Below are positions 39,230 through 50,144 of a stretch of DNA of 64,000 nucleotides, one piece after another (positions within the stretch are counted from its first letter, which is position 1; every line of letters starts with the position of its first letter). Under the pieces are notes generated by a model that was not told the DNA's origin, did not search any database, and worked only from the letters and a program-made list of their open reading frames with translations. The DNA comes from an uncultured delta proteobacterium. Its GTDB lineage: Bacteria > Desulfobacterota > Binatia > Binatales > Binataceae. The position numbers were made by a program, and so were the translations under genes. The stretch is from NCBI GenBank assembly GCA_963724765.1, contig CAVRVY010000003.1, positions 1,536,001 through 1,600,000 of the forward strand, given 5' to 3'.

Positions 39230-42200
39230 GCCTATCCGAAACCTTCATCAGGAATTCTGTCGGCACCACACTGCTGACCATTGCCATCACCTTGGCGGGT
39301 GTTGTCGCTTTCCGTTCCTTGCCCGTGGCGCCTTTGCCGGCGGTGGACTTTCCCACGATCCAGGTCCAAGCGCAGCTACCGGGCGCCAGTCCGGAAACGA
39401 TAGCGAGCTCGGTCGCGACACCGCTGGAGCGTCAATTCGGCCATATCGCATCGCTGACCGAGATGACTTCGACCAGCACTCTGGGCCAGACCGCAATCGT
39501 TCTGCAGTTCGACCTCAACCGCAATATCGACGCCGCCGGGCGTGACGTGCAAGCCGCGATCAACGCTGCCAACAGTAATCTGCCAGCCAATCTGCCCTCC
39601 AAGCCGACCTACAAGAAGGTGAATCCCGCCGATCCGCCGATCATGATTCTGGCGCTAACCTCTGACATTAAAAAGCCGGGCGAGATGTATGACGCTGCAG
39701 ACTCGATTCTGCAGCAGAAGCTATCGCAGATCGAAGGGGTCGGCCAGGTGATCGTCGGAGGCGGAGCGTTGCCCGCAGTTCGCGTCGAGCTTAATCCCGT
39801 TCAGCTCAATAGTATGGGCATTAGCCTGGAACAGGTGCGCAGCGTGCTGGCGTCGGCCAACGCCAATCTTCCCAAGGGCGAGTTTGCTGACGACCATAAC
39901 GCCTGGAGCATCAGCACCACCGACCAGCTTCTGAAAGCCAATCAGTACCAGCCGCTGATCGTCGGCTATCACAATGGCAATGTCGTACGGCTGTCGGACG
40001 TAGCCGATGTCAGAGATTCGGTCCAGGAAGTTCGTGCGTCGGGCTACTCCGATCTCAAACGCGCCATCCTGGTGTTGGTTTGGCGCCAACCCAGCGCCAA
40101 TGTCATCGAAACCGTCGATCGAGTTTATGCGGCCCTGCCCGCGCTGCAGGCTTCCATCGCGGCCTCGATCAACCTGAAGGTGGTGCTCGATCGCAGCACC
40201 AGCATCAGGGAGTCGGTCAACAACGTCGAGGCCACCTTGTTGATCTCGGTGTGCCTGGTGGTGATGGTGGTCTTTTTATTCCTGCGCGACCTGACAACAA
40301 CCGCAATTCCCGGGGTGGTCGTGCCCGTTTCCCTGATTGCCACCTTCGGCGTCATGTACCTGTTTGGGTTCAGCATCGACAACCTTTCGCTGATGGCGCT
40401 GACCATATCGACCGGCTTCGTGGTTGACGACGCGATCGTCGTAGTCGAAAACATCTCCCGCTACCTGGAGCAGGGTCATAGTCCCTTTAAAGCCGCGGTG
40501 CTCGGCCTTAGAGAGATTGGCTTTACCGTAATTTCGATCAGCCTGTCACTCATCGCGGTCTTTATTCCGATTCTGCTGATGGGCGGAATTGTTGGACGTC
40601 TGTTCCGTGAATTCGCGGTGACTCTGGCGGCGGCCGTCGCGGTCTCGATGGTGGTGTCGCTGACCACTACGCCGATGATGTGCGCCAAGCTGCTGCACCG
40701 CCAGCATGACCGTCAGCACGGCCGCGCTTACCAGCTTGGGGAGCGGGTATTCGACTGGGTACTCAAGCGCTACGAAGTGAGTTTGACCTGGGTCTTGTAC
40801 CATTCCCGCCTGGTGGGGTTCATCGCGTTGATGACTGTCGCGATTAACATCTATCTCTTCTACGTCATTCCCAAGGGCTTTTTTCCCGAGCAGGATAACG
40901 GACGCCTGATAGGCTCGATCGTGGCGGACCAGGATACTTCCTATCAGGCGATGAACCGTCGCCTGCTGCGGTTGATCGCGGCGGTGCGCAGCGACCCGGC
41001 GGTCGCCAACGTGCTCGCTTTCACCGGAACCAGGGGCGCGACCAACACCGCCAGCATGTATATCGAGCTAAAGCCGCTTAGTGAGCGTAAGCTCAGCGCT
41101 CAACAGATAATCGGGCGAATCCGAAAGAAAGTCGCCAGCCACTCGGGACTTAGCCTTTATCTCCAGGCGCAACAGGATCTGCGGATCGGAGGGAGATCGT
41201 CTAACGCTGAGTACCAGTATAGTCTGGTGAGCGACGACCTTCACCTGCTGACCCTATGGGCGCCCAAGTTGCTGGAGCGGATGCGTGCGATCCCCGAGCT
41301 GAGCGACGTTAACAGCGACCAGCAGAATGCGGGGCTGTCGGCCAATGTGCAGCTCGATCGAGACACAGCTTCGCGCCTGGGCCTCTCCATGCAGACCATG
41401 GACGATACGTTGTACGACGCTTTCGGTGAGCGCGAAGTCTCGACTATGTATACCCCGTTGAATCAGTATTTTGTGGTGATGGAGGTCGCGCCCGCCTTTT
41501 GGCAGAATCCCCAAACCCTCCACGAGATACATCTCGGTGCCAATGCTTCCATGTCCGCTACGCCGCCTGCCACTGCGAGCACGGCTGCAGCAGCCCAAAG
41601 CCTGAGCAACTCGAACATCGCCGGCTCCGGCAGCGGCGCCAGCACCTTCTCCCAACCGGCTAACACGAACCTGGTCGGCGGCGTACTTAGCGCTTTGGGC
41701 TCCAGCGTAAATGGTTTGCCGAGCACGACTGCATCCAGCAGTGGAACTTCCATCGTGGCTGGGCTCGGAACCACCACAGCTCCGGCGGTCTCGAGCGCTC
41801 CCAGCTCCTCGCCGACGCCGGTCGCAGGAGTCCTGAGCACGAACGGCAGCACGACCGCTAACAGCACGACTTCGAGCAGCACTACTTCGAGCAGCACGAC
41901 TTCGCCTGCGGCACCGTCAGGTATCGGAAGTTCCGCGCCGGGCGCCGGCGTTGGCGTCAGCTCCGCTGCGATCGTCGAGGGCGCCGCTACTGCGCCCAGT
42001 AATGGCGTCACCGTTATCGGCGCAACCGCCGCGGCGGGTGCCGCCACCGCTTCCACCGGCATGATTCCCCTGGGCAGCATTTCCCGTTTGAACGACTCGA
42101 CCACCCCACTGGCGGTGAACCATCAGGGACAATTCCCCGCAGTTACCATGTCGTTCAATCTTGCGCCGCGGGTCTCTCTGGGACAGGCGGTCGACTTAAT

Positions 42201-42846
42201 CAACCGCGCCGAGCAGGACATACATATGCCCTCGGAGATTCGCGGCGCCTTTGCGGGTACTGCTCAGACCTTTCAAGCGTCGCTTGCCAACGAGCCGATG
42301 TTGATCATGGCAGCCTTGCTTAGCGTTTATATCGTGCTCGGAATTTTGTACGAGAGTTATGTGCATCCGATTACGATTCTCTCGACGCTACCCTCGGCGG
42401 GCGTCGGCGCTTTGCTGGCGCTGGAAATCTGCGGCATCGATCTGAGCGTCATCGCGCTGGTCGGGATTATCCTGTTGATCGGCATCGTCAAGAAAAATGC
42501 GATCCTGATGATCGACTTTGCCCTCGAGGCCGAGCGCACCCAGGGCAAGTCGCCCGAGGACGCTATTTTTCAGGCCTGCATGTTGCGCTTTCGGCCGATC
42601 ATGATGACCACGATGGCGGCGCTGCTCGGTGGTCTGCCGCTGGCGTTGGGAACGGGCTATGGTTCCGAATTGCGCCGTCCGCTCGGAATCGCGATCGTCG
42701 GCGGCCTCATCGTAAGCCAGATGCTCACGCTGTTCACGACCCCGGTGATCTACCTGTACATGGAACGGCTTCGCCTGTGGGGCGAGCGCCTGCGCGGCCG
42801 CCTCTCGCGCAAGCCCGCGGTTACGCCGGGCGTGGCCGGCGTTTAG
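39226..42846 (+). CDS. mdtC: RND efflux permease MdtC with a long low-complexity insertion
   Basis: [32 protein letters not shown]; 1206 aa versus 1036 aa for the adjacent MdtB. Confidence 0.92.
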   Translation: MSLSETFIRNSVGTTLLTIAITLAGVVAFRSLPVAPLPAVDFPTIQVQAQLPGASPETIASSVATPLERQFGHIASLTEMTSTSTLGQTAIVLQFDLNRNIDAAGRDVQAAINAANSNLPANLPSKPTYKKVNPADPPIMILALTSDIKKPGEMYDAADSILQQKLSQIEGVGQVIVGGGALPAVRVELNPVQLNSMGISLEQVRSVLASANANLPKGEFADDHNAWSISTTDQLLKANQYQPLIVGYHNGNVVRLSDVADVRDSVQEVRASGYSDLKRAILVLVWRQPSANVIETVDRVYAALPALQASIAASINLKVVLDRSTSIRESVNNVEATLLISVCLVVMVVFLFLRDLTTTAIPGVVVPVSLIATFGVMYLFGFSIDNLSLMALTISTGFVVDDAIVVVENISRYLEQGHSPFKAAVLGLREIGFTVISISLSLIAVFIPILLMGGIVGRLFREFAVTLAAAVAVSMVVSLTTTPMMCAKLLHRQHDRQHGRAYQLGERVFDWVLKRYEVSLTWVLYHSRLVGFIALMTVAINIYLFYVIPKGFFPEQDNGRLIGSIVADQDTSYQAMNRRLLRLIAAVRSDPAVANVLAFTGTRGATNTASMYIELKPLSERKLSAQQIIGRIRKKVASHSGLSLYLQAQQDLRIGGRSSNAEYQYSLVSDDLHLLTLWAPKLLERMRAIPELSDVNSDQQNAGLSANVQLDRDTASRLGLSMQTMDDTLYDAFGEREVSTMYTPLNQYFVVMEVAPAFWQNPQTLHEIHLGANASMSATPPATASTAAAAQSLSNSNIAGSGSGASTFSQPANTNLVGGVLSALGSSVNGLPSTTASSSGTSIVAGLGTTTAPAVSSAPSSSPTPVAGVLSTNGSTTANSTTSSSTTSSSTTSPAAPSGIGSSAPGAGVGVSSAAIVEGAATAPSNGVTVIGATAAAGAATASTGMIPLGSISRLNDSTTPLAVNHQGQFPAVTMSFNLAPRVSLGQAVDLINRAEQDIHMPSEIRGAFAGTAQTFQASLANEPMLIMAALLSVYIVLGILYESYVHPITILSTLPSAGVGALLALEICGIDLSVIALVGIILLIGIVKKNAILMIDFALEAERTQGKSPEDAIFQACMLRFRPIMMTTMAALLGGLPLALGTGYGSELRRPLGIAIVGGLIVSQMLTLFTTPVIYLYMERLRLWGERLRGRLSRKPAVTPGVAGV
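41863..41904 (+). repeat. 15-bp tandem repeat (x~3) encoding STTSS in the MdtC insert
   Basis: agcacgacttcgagc agcactacttcgagc agcacgacttcg. Confidence 0.8.
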
Positions 42847-42906
42847 TTTCGCCCGCGAACCGGCAGCGGCGTCGCGAGCCGGCGCGCGAGCTCCTGAGTT
42901 ACGCCT

Positions 42907-43980
42907 CTAGTATCTGGCGATAATCTCGTTGCCGAACTCGCGAATCATTTCGCGCCCGTCGGTTCCGGTAAGACGCAGCGCGATGCCTGTCACGCCGGCC
43001 TCTTCGAGCTCTTTTAGCCGTTCGATCACGGCCGATGCCGGTCCGGTTACGGTGGTCGCCTCGAGCAGTTGCCGCGTGACGTACCGTTCCTCGCCTGGCT
43101 TGGTGAAGATTAGATGCCCCAGGTGAATCTCTTGATACCGTTTCTCCCAGGGCGTTTTCATCTTCATTATGTATTCGTCGAAGTAGCGCTTGGCCAACGG
43201 CTGAAACTCCGGAGGCGCAAAGGGACCGATCGGAGTGTTTTCCGGATGCCAGATCGTGTGCAGGCTGAGCGCGCCCCAGGAGCCCAGGCGCGCGAAGACC
43301 CGGGGTGACATGATGTCTTCGCCTTTGCGCAACACGCAGCCGGCCGTTACGATCACGGTAGGAATTCGTTCCAGCGCCCGCCCTACTCTTTTAGCGGCGT
43401 CGCGGATCTCTGAAAGCCCGCTCCGAATCATTCCAGGGTCCGCGCCCACCGTAATCCAGCCGTCGCCCACCTCGCCCACGACGCGGACGGCCTTGGGCAG
43501 ATTGGCGCCAACGTAAATCGGAACCGGATCCTTGACGTTGATGAAACCCATCTCAGGATGAAGTAGGCGCACCGCCCGCTCGCGGTCGTCTTCCCGGTAG
43601 AGCGCTTCCTTCCCGGCCAGCAGCTTGCGCAACACCTTGACTTCCTCCGCCAGCACCTTAAGCGGTGTGGCCGGCATCCCCATGACGTTGCGCGCGCTGA
43701 AACCGCTTCCTATACCGGCGATTACGCGGCCCGGTGCGAGCTCGTTGATCGTTGCCAGCGCGGACGCGCTGACGGGCGCGGCCCGGTTGCCCGCGCATAG
43801 AACAAAGGTTCCCAGAACGGAGGTGCGCGAGTGCTCAGCCGCCAGCGCCATGGTGGCGAAGATGTCGCTGTAACACATGTGCGAATCGTCGAACCAGGCA
43901 TGGCTGAAGCCATATTCCTCGGCCATTTCCACATCGTGCCAGGCGCGAATATATGTTGGATAACTGATTCCGAATTGCAT
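42907..43980 (-). CDS. LLM class flavin/F420-dependent oxidoreductase (Mer-like)
   Basis: AEEYGFSHAWFDDSH, ATINELAPGRVIAGIGSG, PIYVGANLPKA; GAGGAGG RBS. Confidence 0.88.
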   Translation of the reverse strand: MQFGISYPTYIRAWHDVEMAEEYGFSHAWFDDSHMCYSDIFATMALAAEHSRTSVLGTFVLCAGNRAAPVSASALATINELAPGRVIAGIGSGFSARNVMGMPATPLKVLAEEVKVLRKLLAGKEALYREDDRERAVRLLHPEMGFINVKDPVPIYVGANLPKAVRVVGEVGDGWITVGADPGMIRSGLSEIRDAAKRVGRALERIPTVIVTAGCVLRKGEDIMSPRVFARLGSWGALSLHTIWHPENTPIGPFAPPEFQPLAKRYFDEYIMKMKTPWEKRYQEIHLGHLIFTKPGEERYVTRQLLEATTVTGPASAVIERLKELEEAGVTGIALRLTGTDGREMIREFGNEIIARY

Positions 43981-44258
43981 TGGCGGCTGCCTCCTCGGAG
44001 TCGAATGTTCTACTGCGTTACAGTCGGCGGGCACACCCACAAGCGCCCTGGCACCCCATCCTTCGATAGCGTCATGCGTGAGCAAACGCAACGCCAATTT
44101 TGACAGGCCCGATAAAGGCTGCCTTCCCTGGCCATTGGAGGAATACTGTTGTCCGCGACTTCGCGAAGTGGTTAAGATTCAACAAGGTTGGCGCTCCTGC
44201 GGGGGAGCGCGGACTAAATCCGCCAGAGGTATCGCGGGAGAATCCCAGGAGAATCTAA

Positions 44259-45149
44259 ATGAGTATCAGACATCTTGCCGCTTCCGCCGGCGCCGACGAC
44301 ATCGCCGCCGCGCTCGCCGAGGATGGGGCCGCGATTGTCGACGCTTTGGCGCCCGCGTCGCTCATGGACCGCGCCGCGCAGGAAATGCAGCCATACATCG
44401 CCGCAACAGCTATCGGCCGCGATGATTTCGCCGGCCGCCGCACGCGCAGGACGGGCGGATTGATAGCGCGCTCGGAAACCTGCCGGGAACTGGTGATGAA
44501 TCCGCTCGTGCTGTCGACGGCCAAGAAGGTGCTGGGGCATGCCGCGACTTTCCAAATCCATCTGACCCAGGCCATTACGATCGAGCCGGAGGCCGCAGCC
44601 CAGCCAATTCACCGCGACCAATGGGTATTCGACTTTTTCAAGTTTCCGAAGGGCTTCGAGGTTCAACTCAACACGATTTGGGCGATGACTGACTTCACCG
44701 CACAAAACGGCGCCACTCGCGTCATTCCGAAGAGCCATCTGCTCGACGACGGTTTAAAGTTCGAAGAAAAAGACACCGAGCCGGCCGAGATGGCCAAGGG
44801 TTCAGCGCTCTTTTACACCGGAAGCGTCTATCATGGCGGTGGCGCCAACCGCTCCGATACGACTCGATCGGGAATCAATCTGACCTACAGCCTCGCATGG
44901 CTGCGGCAGGAAGAGAATCAATATCTGTCGGTGCCCTTAGCGGTTGCGCAGACTTTGCCGGTCGAATTGCTCCGGTTGATGGGATACTCGTATGGCGGCT
45001 ATGCGCTCGGTTATGTGGACGACGTTCGCGACCCGCTGAAAGTAGTGAAACCCGACCTCGCAAGAACCCGCGCGACAAACCCTACGAATGCAGAGTCGCG
45101 TTTTCGCGATCAAGCCAAACAGTGGCGAGGCGAGGACAAAAACACCTGA
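44259..45149 (+). CDS. PhyH-family Fe(II)/2-oxoglutarate dioxygenase
   Basis: HRD...H triad, DFTAQNGATRVIPKSH, WLRQEENQYL. Confidence 0.9.
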   Translation: MSIRHLAASAGADDIAAALAEDGAAIVDALAPASLMDRAAQEMQPYIAATAIGRDDFAGRRTRRTGGLIARSETCRELVMNPLVLSTAKKVLGHAATFQIHLTQAITIEPEAAAQPIHRDQWVFDFFKFPKGFEVQLNTIWAMTDFTAQNGATRVIPKSHLLDDGLKFEEKDTEPAEMAKGSALFYTGSVYHGGGANRSDTTRSGINLTYSLAWLRQEENQYLSVPLAVAQTLPVELLRLMGYSYGGYALGYVDDVRDPLKVVKPDLARTRATNPTNAESRFRDQAKQWRGEDKNT

Positions 45150-45254
45150 CTATTCGGAAATGCCGGTCTTTCCCCGCGGCGGCGGGATGATTTGGCCTGC
45201 TGACCCTCGGCGCCGCGGTCAGTTTTGCCAGCCGATTGCGTTGATTAGCGAGAG

Positions 45255-46103
45255 CTACACCTCATATTTTTTGCTTGTCTCGAGGACCTCGGACGCCCCG
45301 AGGAGGCCGGTGATCTCGGGAAGAAGCTCGAAGCCGGCGCCGCCGGAGATTGCGCCCGCGCGTGCAAGTTCGCGTATCGCGTCGCGAGTGCGCTGGTAAA
45401 TAGCGAAAAGTGTGGCGATATGGATCATTACCTTGAAGCCGTACTGCGCGATCTCCGTCGGATGCAGCAATTGTCCGTTATACAGAAGCGGCAACCCGGA
45501 GAGCAGCCGCGCGCAGTTTCTTAAGTCCTCGAGCGTCTTGATGCCGTCGACGAAGATCAGATCGGCGCCCGCGGCGTGGTAGGCGCGCGCACGCCGCGTC
45601 ACCTCATCCCAACCGAGCGGGGCAAACGCATCGGTGCGCGCGATAATCACCAAATTGGGATCGCGCCGGGCGTCGATCGCCGCGCGCAACTTGGCCACCA
45701 TGTTCTCGAGCGGGATGACCTGCTTGCCATCGAGAAAGCCGCAGCGTTTCGGCCACACCTGATCTTCAATATGAAGCGCCGCCGCGCCGGCGTCTTCGTA
45801 TTCGCGCACGGTGCGTTGGACATTAATCGCTTCGCCATAGCCCGTGTCGGCGTCGCAGATGAGCGGGATGTCCACCGATCGCGCAAGCGCTCTGACGTTG
45901 TCGACCATCTCGCCCATCGTAAGCAGGCCGAGATCGGGGAAGCCGCGCGCGGCCGCGGTTCCAAAGCCGGTCATATAGACCGCCTTGAATCCTTCGTGCT
46001 GGGCGAGTCTTGCCTGCAGGCAATCGTAAACGAATGGCGCAATCACCATTTCAGACCCGTTCAAGAACTTCCGCAGGCGCGATCGTGCATCAGGCATACC
46101 CAC
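45255..46103 (-). CDS. Isocitrate lyase/PEP mutase family enzyme (PrpB/oxaloacetate hydrolase-like)
   Basis: YMTGFG, DADTGYG, HIEDQ, KRCGF, IARTDA. Confidence 0.9.
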   Translation of the reverse strand: MGMPDARSRLRKFLNGSEMVIAPFVYDCLQARLAQHEGFKAVYMTGFGTAAARGFPDLGLLTMGEMVDNVRALARSVDIPLICDADTGYGEAINVQRTVREYEDAGAAALHIEDQVWPKRCGFLDGKQVIPLENMVAKLRAAIDARRDPNLVIIARTDAFAPLGWDEVTRRARAYHAAGADLIFVDGIKTLEDLRNCARLLSGLPLLYNGQLLHPTEIAQYGFKVMIHIATLFAIYQRTRDAIRELARAGAISGGAGFELLPEITGLLGASEVLETSKKYEV

Positions 46104-46199
46104 TCATCTCCTTGGACCCCAAGGGCCTGCATGGCAATGTCGATAGCTACTATTTGAAAACTGAGCTGAATTGTATTATTCGAATGTTCTTTGCAGCGG

Positions 46200-47636
46200 T
46201 CAGAAAATCTCAAAGTACTCGCGCTGCTCCCACGCCGTCACTTCCAGTTCGAAGCGCGCGACCTCGGCTTCCTTGATGAGCGAATAGTAATCGACGAACG
46301 TGCTGCCGAGTCCGGCGCGCAAACATGCGTCTTTGCGCAGCGCCGCGATCGCTTCGGTGAGTGAGTGGGGCAGCATCGGCGCCGCCGCTTCATACGGCGC
46401 GTCGGTCGGCGGTCCGGGATCGAGTTGACGCTCGATTCCATCGAGACCCGAAAAGATCTGCGACGCCATGTAGAGATACGGATTCGCGGCCGGCTCGCCC
46501 ACGCGGTTCTCAAGCCGCGTCGCGGAATCTTCCGGCCCCCCAAGCGCGCGGACCAATACGTTGCGATGGTCGTGTCCCCAGACCGCGCGGTCGGGCGCGA
46601 GGGCATGCCTGCCGTAGCGCCGGTAGCCGTTAATAGTCGGTGTCGCAAGTGCGGCCGCGCCGGGCGCGTGCTCGAGCAGACCCGCAAGGTAGTGCTGTCC
46701 AACCGGCGACAACACGCCGCTGCCGGCCGGGACGAACGCGTTGGCACCCGTGCGTTTATCGCGCAGTGACTGATGCATGTGCCAGCCGCTGGAGAACACG
46801 TTCGGAATTCGAGGGCGGCACATGAAGCTCGCCAGATAGCCATGACGGCGGCAGACCTGCTTCATCGCGCTGCGCGCCAGCATCATCATGTCAGCCGGCT
46901 CAAGCCCCTGGCGCGGCTGGAACGTGAATTCGCACTGGCTCGGCCCGTATTCGACCTCGAGCGTGCGCAAGGGCAGCCCAAGCCCCACGATATTGCTGCG
47001 CAGAAGTTCGAGCACGGGATCGAGCTGGTCGTAACGTAGCTCCGTCAGATGCTGGTAGCCCTGCGTGAGAAGACTGACCTCGGGCGGTGGCCCCGGCTGG
47101 CCGGCATCGTCGAGCGCAAGCCGCGGGTTTTCGAGCTTGAAGATGTGAAATTCCACCTCGAGCCCAGCCACGAACTCGAAGCCGGCTTCGCCGAGCCGCT
47201 CCAGCGCTCGCCGGTACAGATAGCGAGTCGAGATCGGAACCGGCTGGCCGTTCGTGAAAAACAGATCGCACAAGAGCCATCCCGTGCCGGTGGCCCATGG
47301 CAGGATATGGAACGTGGCCGGGTCGGGAACAATTACGACGTCGGCGGCCGCCTCCATGTCGCGTCTGGTAAAGCCGGCGCCGCCGAGCGACAGAACGGCG
47401 GGCACGGTGCGATGCGCGGTATCCTTTGCCAGCAGGGTCATCGGGAAGGTACTTCCCTCGCGCATCATCCGCGGCAGTTCATCGGCGACCACCGCCTTGC
47501 CACGCAACACACCGTGCTGATCGGCGAAGGACAGCCGTACGACCTCGAGCTTGTGCGACTCGACGAGCTTCTCGACCTCATTCGCCGCTTTCGACCGTTC
47601 GTCGGTCCACAGACCATGGCGTTCGACAAAAGTCAT
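46200..47636 (-). CDS. Glutamine synthetase-like gamma-glutamyl ligase
   Basis: FADQHGVLRGK, GLEVEF, EYGPSQCE, SSGWHMHQSL, RLENRVGEPAANPY. Confidence 0.88.
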   Translation of the reverse strand: MTFVERHGLWTDERSKAANEVEKLVESHKLEVVRLSFADQHGVLRGKAVVADELPRMMREGSTFPMTLLAKDTAHRTVPAVLSLGGAGFTRRDMEAAADVVIVPDPATFHILPWATGTGWLLCDLFFTNGQPVPISTRYLYRRALERLGEAGFEFVAGLEVEFHIFKLENPRLALDDAGQPGPPPEVSLLTQGYQHLTELRYDQLDPVLELLRSNIVGLGLPLRTLEVEYGPSQCEFTFQPRQGLEPADMMMLARSAMKQVCRRHGYLASFMCRPRIPNVFSSGWHMHQSLRDKRTGANAFVPAGSGVLSPVGQHYLAGLLEHAPGAAALATPTINGYRRYGRHALAPDRAVWGHDHRNVLVRALGGPEDSATRLENRVGEPAANPYLYMASQIFSGLDGIERQLDPGPPTDAPYEAAAPMLPHSLTEAIAALRKDACLRAGLGSTFVDYYSLIKEAEVARFELEVTAWEQREYFEIF

Positions 47637-47694
47637 CGCGCTCCGCATCTTGGCATGCGCCGATTTTGCTTCAGGTTTTCGCCCGGCCAGCGCA

Positions 47695-49017
47695 TCATTC
47701 CGCGGGATGCATCGCCGCCCAGCTCGAGCCCTTTCGGCGTCTGGCGTCGAATTCCCGCCAATACGTTTCGAGCGCCCGGCCGTCGGCGATCCCGTCGAGC
47801 GTGATTGGACCACGGATGCGCTTCGCCGCGGCCTCATCAAGGACCATCAGCGGCCGCTTGCCAGCCGCAGCTCCCTGGATTGCGTCGATGAGGATCCGGC
47901 GATAGGCCGCGATAGCCTTGTCCGACGCGCCGAGATGCTCCCGGGTACGGTCCTGGATTGGCCCCTGCGACTCGACCGCCCATTGGTCGTGCACGTTGAT
48001 GTCTTCGCCCATGCCGGTGTAGGTCTGGCGCCGCTGCTCCGCCGCGTTGAATCCATAATTGTTAGCGGCGTTGAGCCGCGGCTTGTAGTCCGGGAGCGTG
48101 TATAGTTCGAGCCGATGGCGACGCATCGTTTCCTTGTCGACCGGCGCGCCGAAGCTCGTGAAGATCGCGTACCAGTAGCAACTCACGTCATCGATCGGCA
48201 CCTGCCACTGTGTAACTGTCATCTCGGGGCTCAGTGGGACGACGAACGCATTCGGAAATAGCAAATTCGTCACCCGAATGTGAGTTCGCAAATCGTCGAT
48301 CGCGCGCAGAGTTATGATCCGAAAGCCGTAATCCGTGTATTCAGTCTCGATTTGCGGGCGCGGGTGCTCCCGCATGACTTTTGTCATCGGCAGCTCTGAG
48401 TCTGCCGACGTACTGCGAAACTGTATTCCATAATTTCCCGCCGGATTGTGGTCCTCGAAAAAACGGTGCAGGAATGAAGCATGGGCAGGATCGATGCCGA
48501 CTTCGACCGTCTGGAGCCAGTTGCAAGCGACATGTCCTTTGAACGCGAAGGTGTAGGAATCGGGCGCGACAAAACAGTCAAAATGCGGGAAGGCGGGCGG
48601 TTCGCCGGGGCCCAGGTAGGCAAACAGGATGCCGCTGCGTTTGCGAACCGGGTAAGCGTTGTGGCGAATCTTGGTGTAAAGCTTGCTGCCTTCCGGTTCG
48701 GCCGGCGTCTCGAGACATTTTCCGCCAACGTCAAACAACCAGCCGTGAAACGCGCATCGCAGTCCGCCGTCTTCGAGCCGTCCGAAGGCCAGGTCCGCGC
48801 CACGATGCGGACAGGCGCGGTCAACGAGTCCGTAGCGGCCTTGCTCGTCACGAAACAGGACCATTTGCTGACCCAGCAGCTCAATCGCTTTGAGTGGCCG
48901 CTCCGCCGGCAGTTCCTCAACCAGCGCGGCAGGCTGCCAGTAGAGCCGCATCAACTTTCCGGCCGGCATCTCCGGCCCGGTTCGGGTGATCAGTTCGTTA
49001 CGCTGTGCGATCATCAT
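47695..49017 (-). CDS. Rieske aromatic ring-hydroxylating oxygenase alpha subunit (phthalate dioxygenase-like)
   Basis: CPH...CAFH Rieske ligands; DPAHASFLH and HDQWAVESQG mononuclear Fe motifs. Confidence 0.93.
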   Translation of the reverse strand: MMIAQRNELITRTGPEMPAGKLMRLYWQPAALVEELPAERPLKAIELLGQQMVLFRDEQGRYGLVDRACPHRGADLAFGRLEDGGLRCAFHGWLFDVGGKCLETPAEPEGSKLYTKIRHNAYPVRKRSGILFAYLGPGEPPAFPHFDCFVAPDSYTFAFKGHVACNWLQTVEVGIDPAHASFLHRFFEDHNPAGNYGIQFRSTSADSELPMTKVMREHPRPQIETEYTDYGFRIITLRAIDDLRTHIRVTNLLFPNAFVVPLSPEMTVTQWQVPIDDVSCYWYAIFTSFGAPVDKETMRRHRLELYTLPDYKPRLNAANNYGFNAAEQRRQTYTGMGEDINVHDQWAVESQGPIQDRTREHLGASDKAIAAYRRILIDAIQGAAAGKRPLMVLDEAAAKRIRGPITLDGIADGRALETYWREFDARRRKGSSWAAMHPAE

Positions 49018-49139
49018 TTGAGATGTCCCGGCAAGCTTGCGCGATGCGCTGTTCCTCGTAGGCTAAGCTGATTGCCGTCGAGTTTATCAAGCCCGGTGCG
49101 ATGGTTACAAACCAGCCTGCCGATAGCCGGGACGCCTCT

Positions 49140-50066
49140 TTAGAGCTTCGCGATCACGTCGCTAGCCAGCAGTTCCAGATGTTCCATTTCATCGAAGACC
49201 GGGTTCAATAATAGATGTTGCGCGCCGGCACGAACGAGTTCTCCCAGCCGGTCTATACATTCGGCGCGATTGCCCCAAATGGAGACGCGTGAAGCCATGT
49301 CCGCATTTTTGTAACGCATTCCAAACCATTCCCGCAGTCTGCGCTCCGCACGCGCCCGATCGGAGTCGACGGCGACGTAGACCCGCTTCGAGATTCGGAA
49401 TTCGTTTGGATCGCGCTTCGCTTCAGCTAGAAAGCGCCGCAAGAGTTCGGCCTGCTTGACGAAGTCGGCCGAGGAAGACGATCCAGCCCCCATCCAGCCA
49501 TCGCCAAGGCGCGCCGCGCGTTTCAGGGCCACAGCCTCACGAGCGCCAAACCACACCGGCGGATGAGGCTTCTGCGCGGGCTTCGGCTCCATCTCTACGT
49601 TCTCAAACCTCCAGAATTCACCGCTCATCGTCGCCCGCGGCTGCGTCCACAGCGCCTTCATGACCTGAAGTCCTTCAACAAAACGCTTTCCACGATGTTC
49701 GCTGGAAACGCCGAATACCGCTTCAGGCACATGTGGGCCACCGACCCCGACGCCGACGATGAGCCGTCCGTGACTCAGTTGATCCAGCGAGGCCAGACTT
49801 TTGGCTAATTGGATCGGATTGCGGACCACGGTTATCATCACCGATGTGCCCAAGTGAGGTTTCGTCGTGAGCGCGGCCGCGTATGTGAGTAGCGTGACCG
49901 GTTCAAGGATAGGAAAGTCGCCGATAATTTGCTCCTGGACCCACAAGCTTTCGTAGCCGAGCGCTTCCGCTCTTGGGAGAAACTGGCGGATGACGCGCGC
50001 ATCGATCGGAGGGTCGGCGAAGCTTTGCGGGATTGCGATGCCGCAGGGAATATTGCCTGTTGCCAT
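49140..50066 (-). CDS. LLM class flavin-dependent oxidoreductase
   Basis: AEALGYESLWVQE, LDQLSHGRLIVGVG, PKPAQKPHPPVWFG, RAARLGDGW. Confidence 0.9.
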   Translation of the reverse strand: MATGNIPCGIAIPQSFADPPIDARVIRQFLPRAEALGYESLWVQEQIIGDFPILEPVTLLTYAAALTTKPHLGTSVMITVVRNPIQLAKSLASLDQLSHGRLIVGVGVGGPHVPEAVFGVSSEHRGKRFVEGLQVMKALWTQPRATMSGEFWRFENVEMEPKPAQKPHPPVWFGAREAVALKRAARLGDGWMGAGSSSSADFVKQAELLRRFLAEAKRDPNEFRISKRVYVAVDSDRARAERRLREWFGMRYKNADMASRVSIWGNRAECIDRLGELVRAGAQHLLLNPVFDEMEHLELLASDVIAKL

Positions 50067-50144
50067 GTCACACCGATTTCCGTGTAAAGGTCCGTATAAA
50101 GGAAATATCGATTAGCCAGCAGTTTACAGCTCTGCGATGGTTCA

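Noticed and set aside
46200-49017. Housekeeping glnA
   Set aside because: The divergent N-terminus and linkage to a Rieske oxygenase fit a GS-like gamma-glutamyl ligase better.
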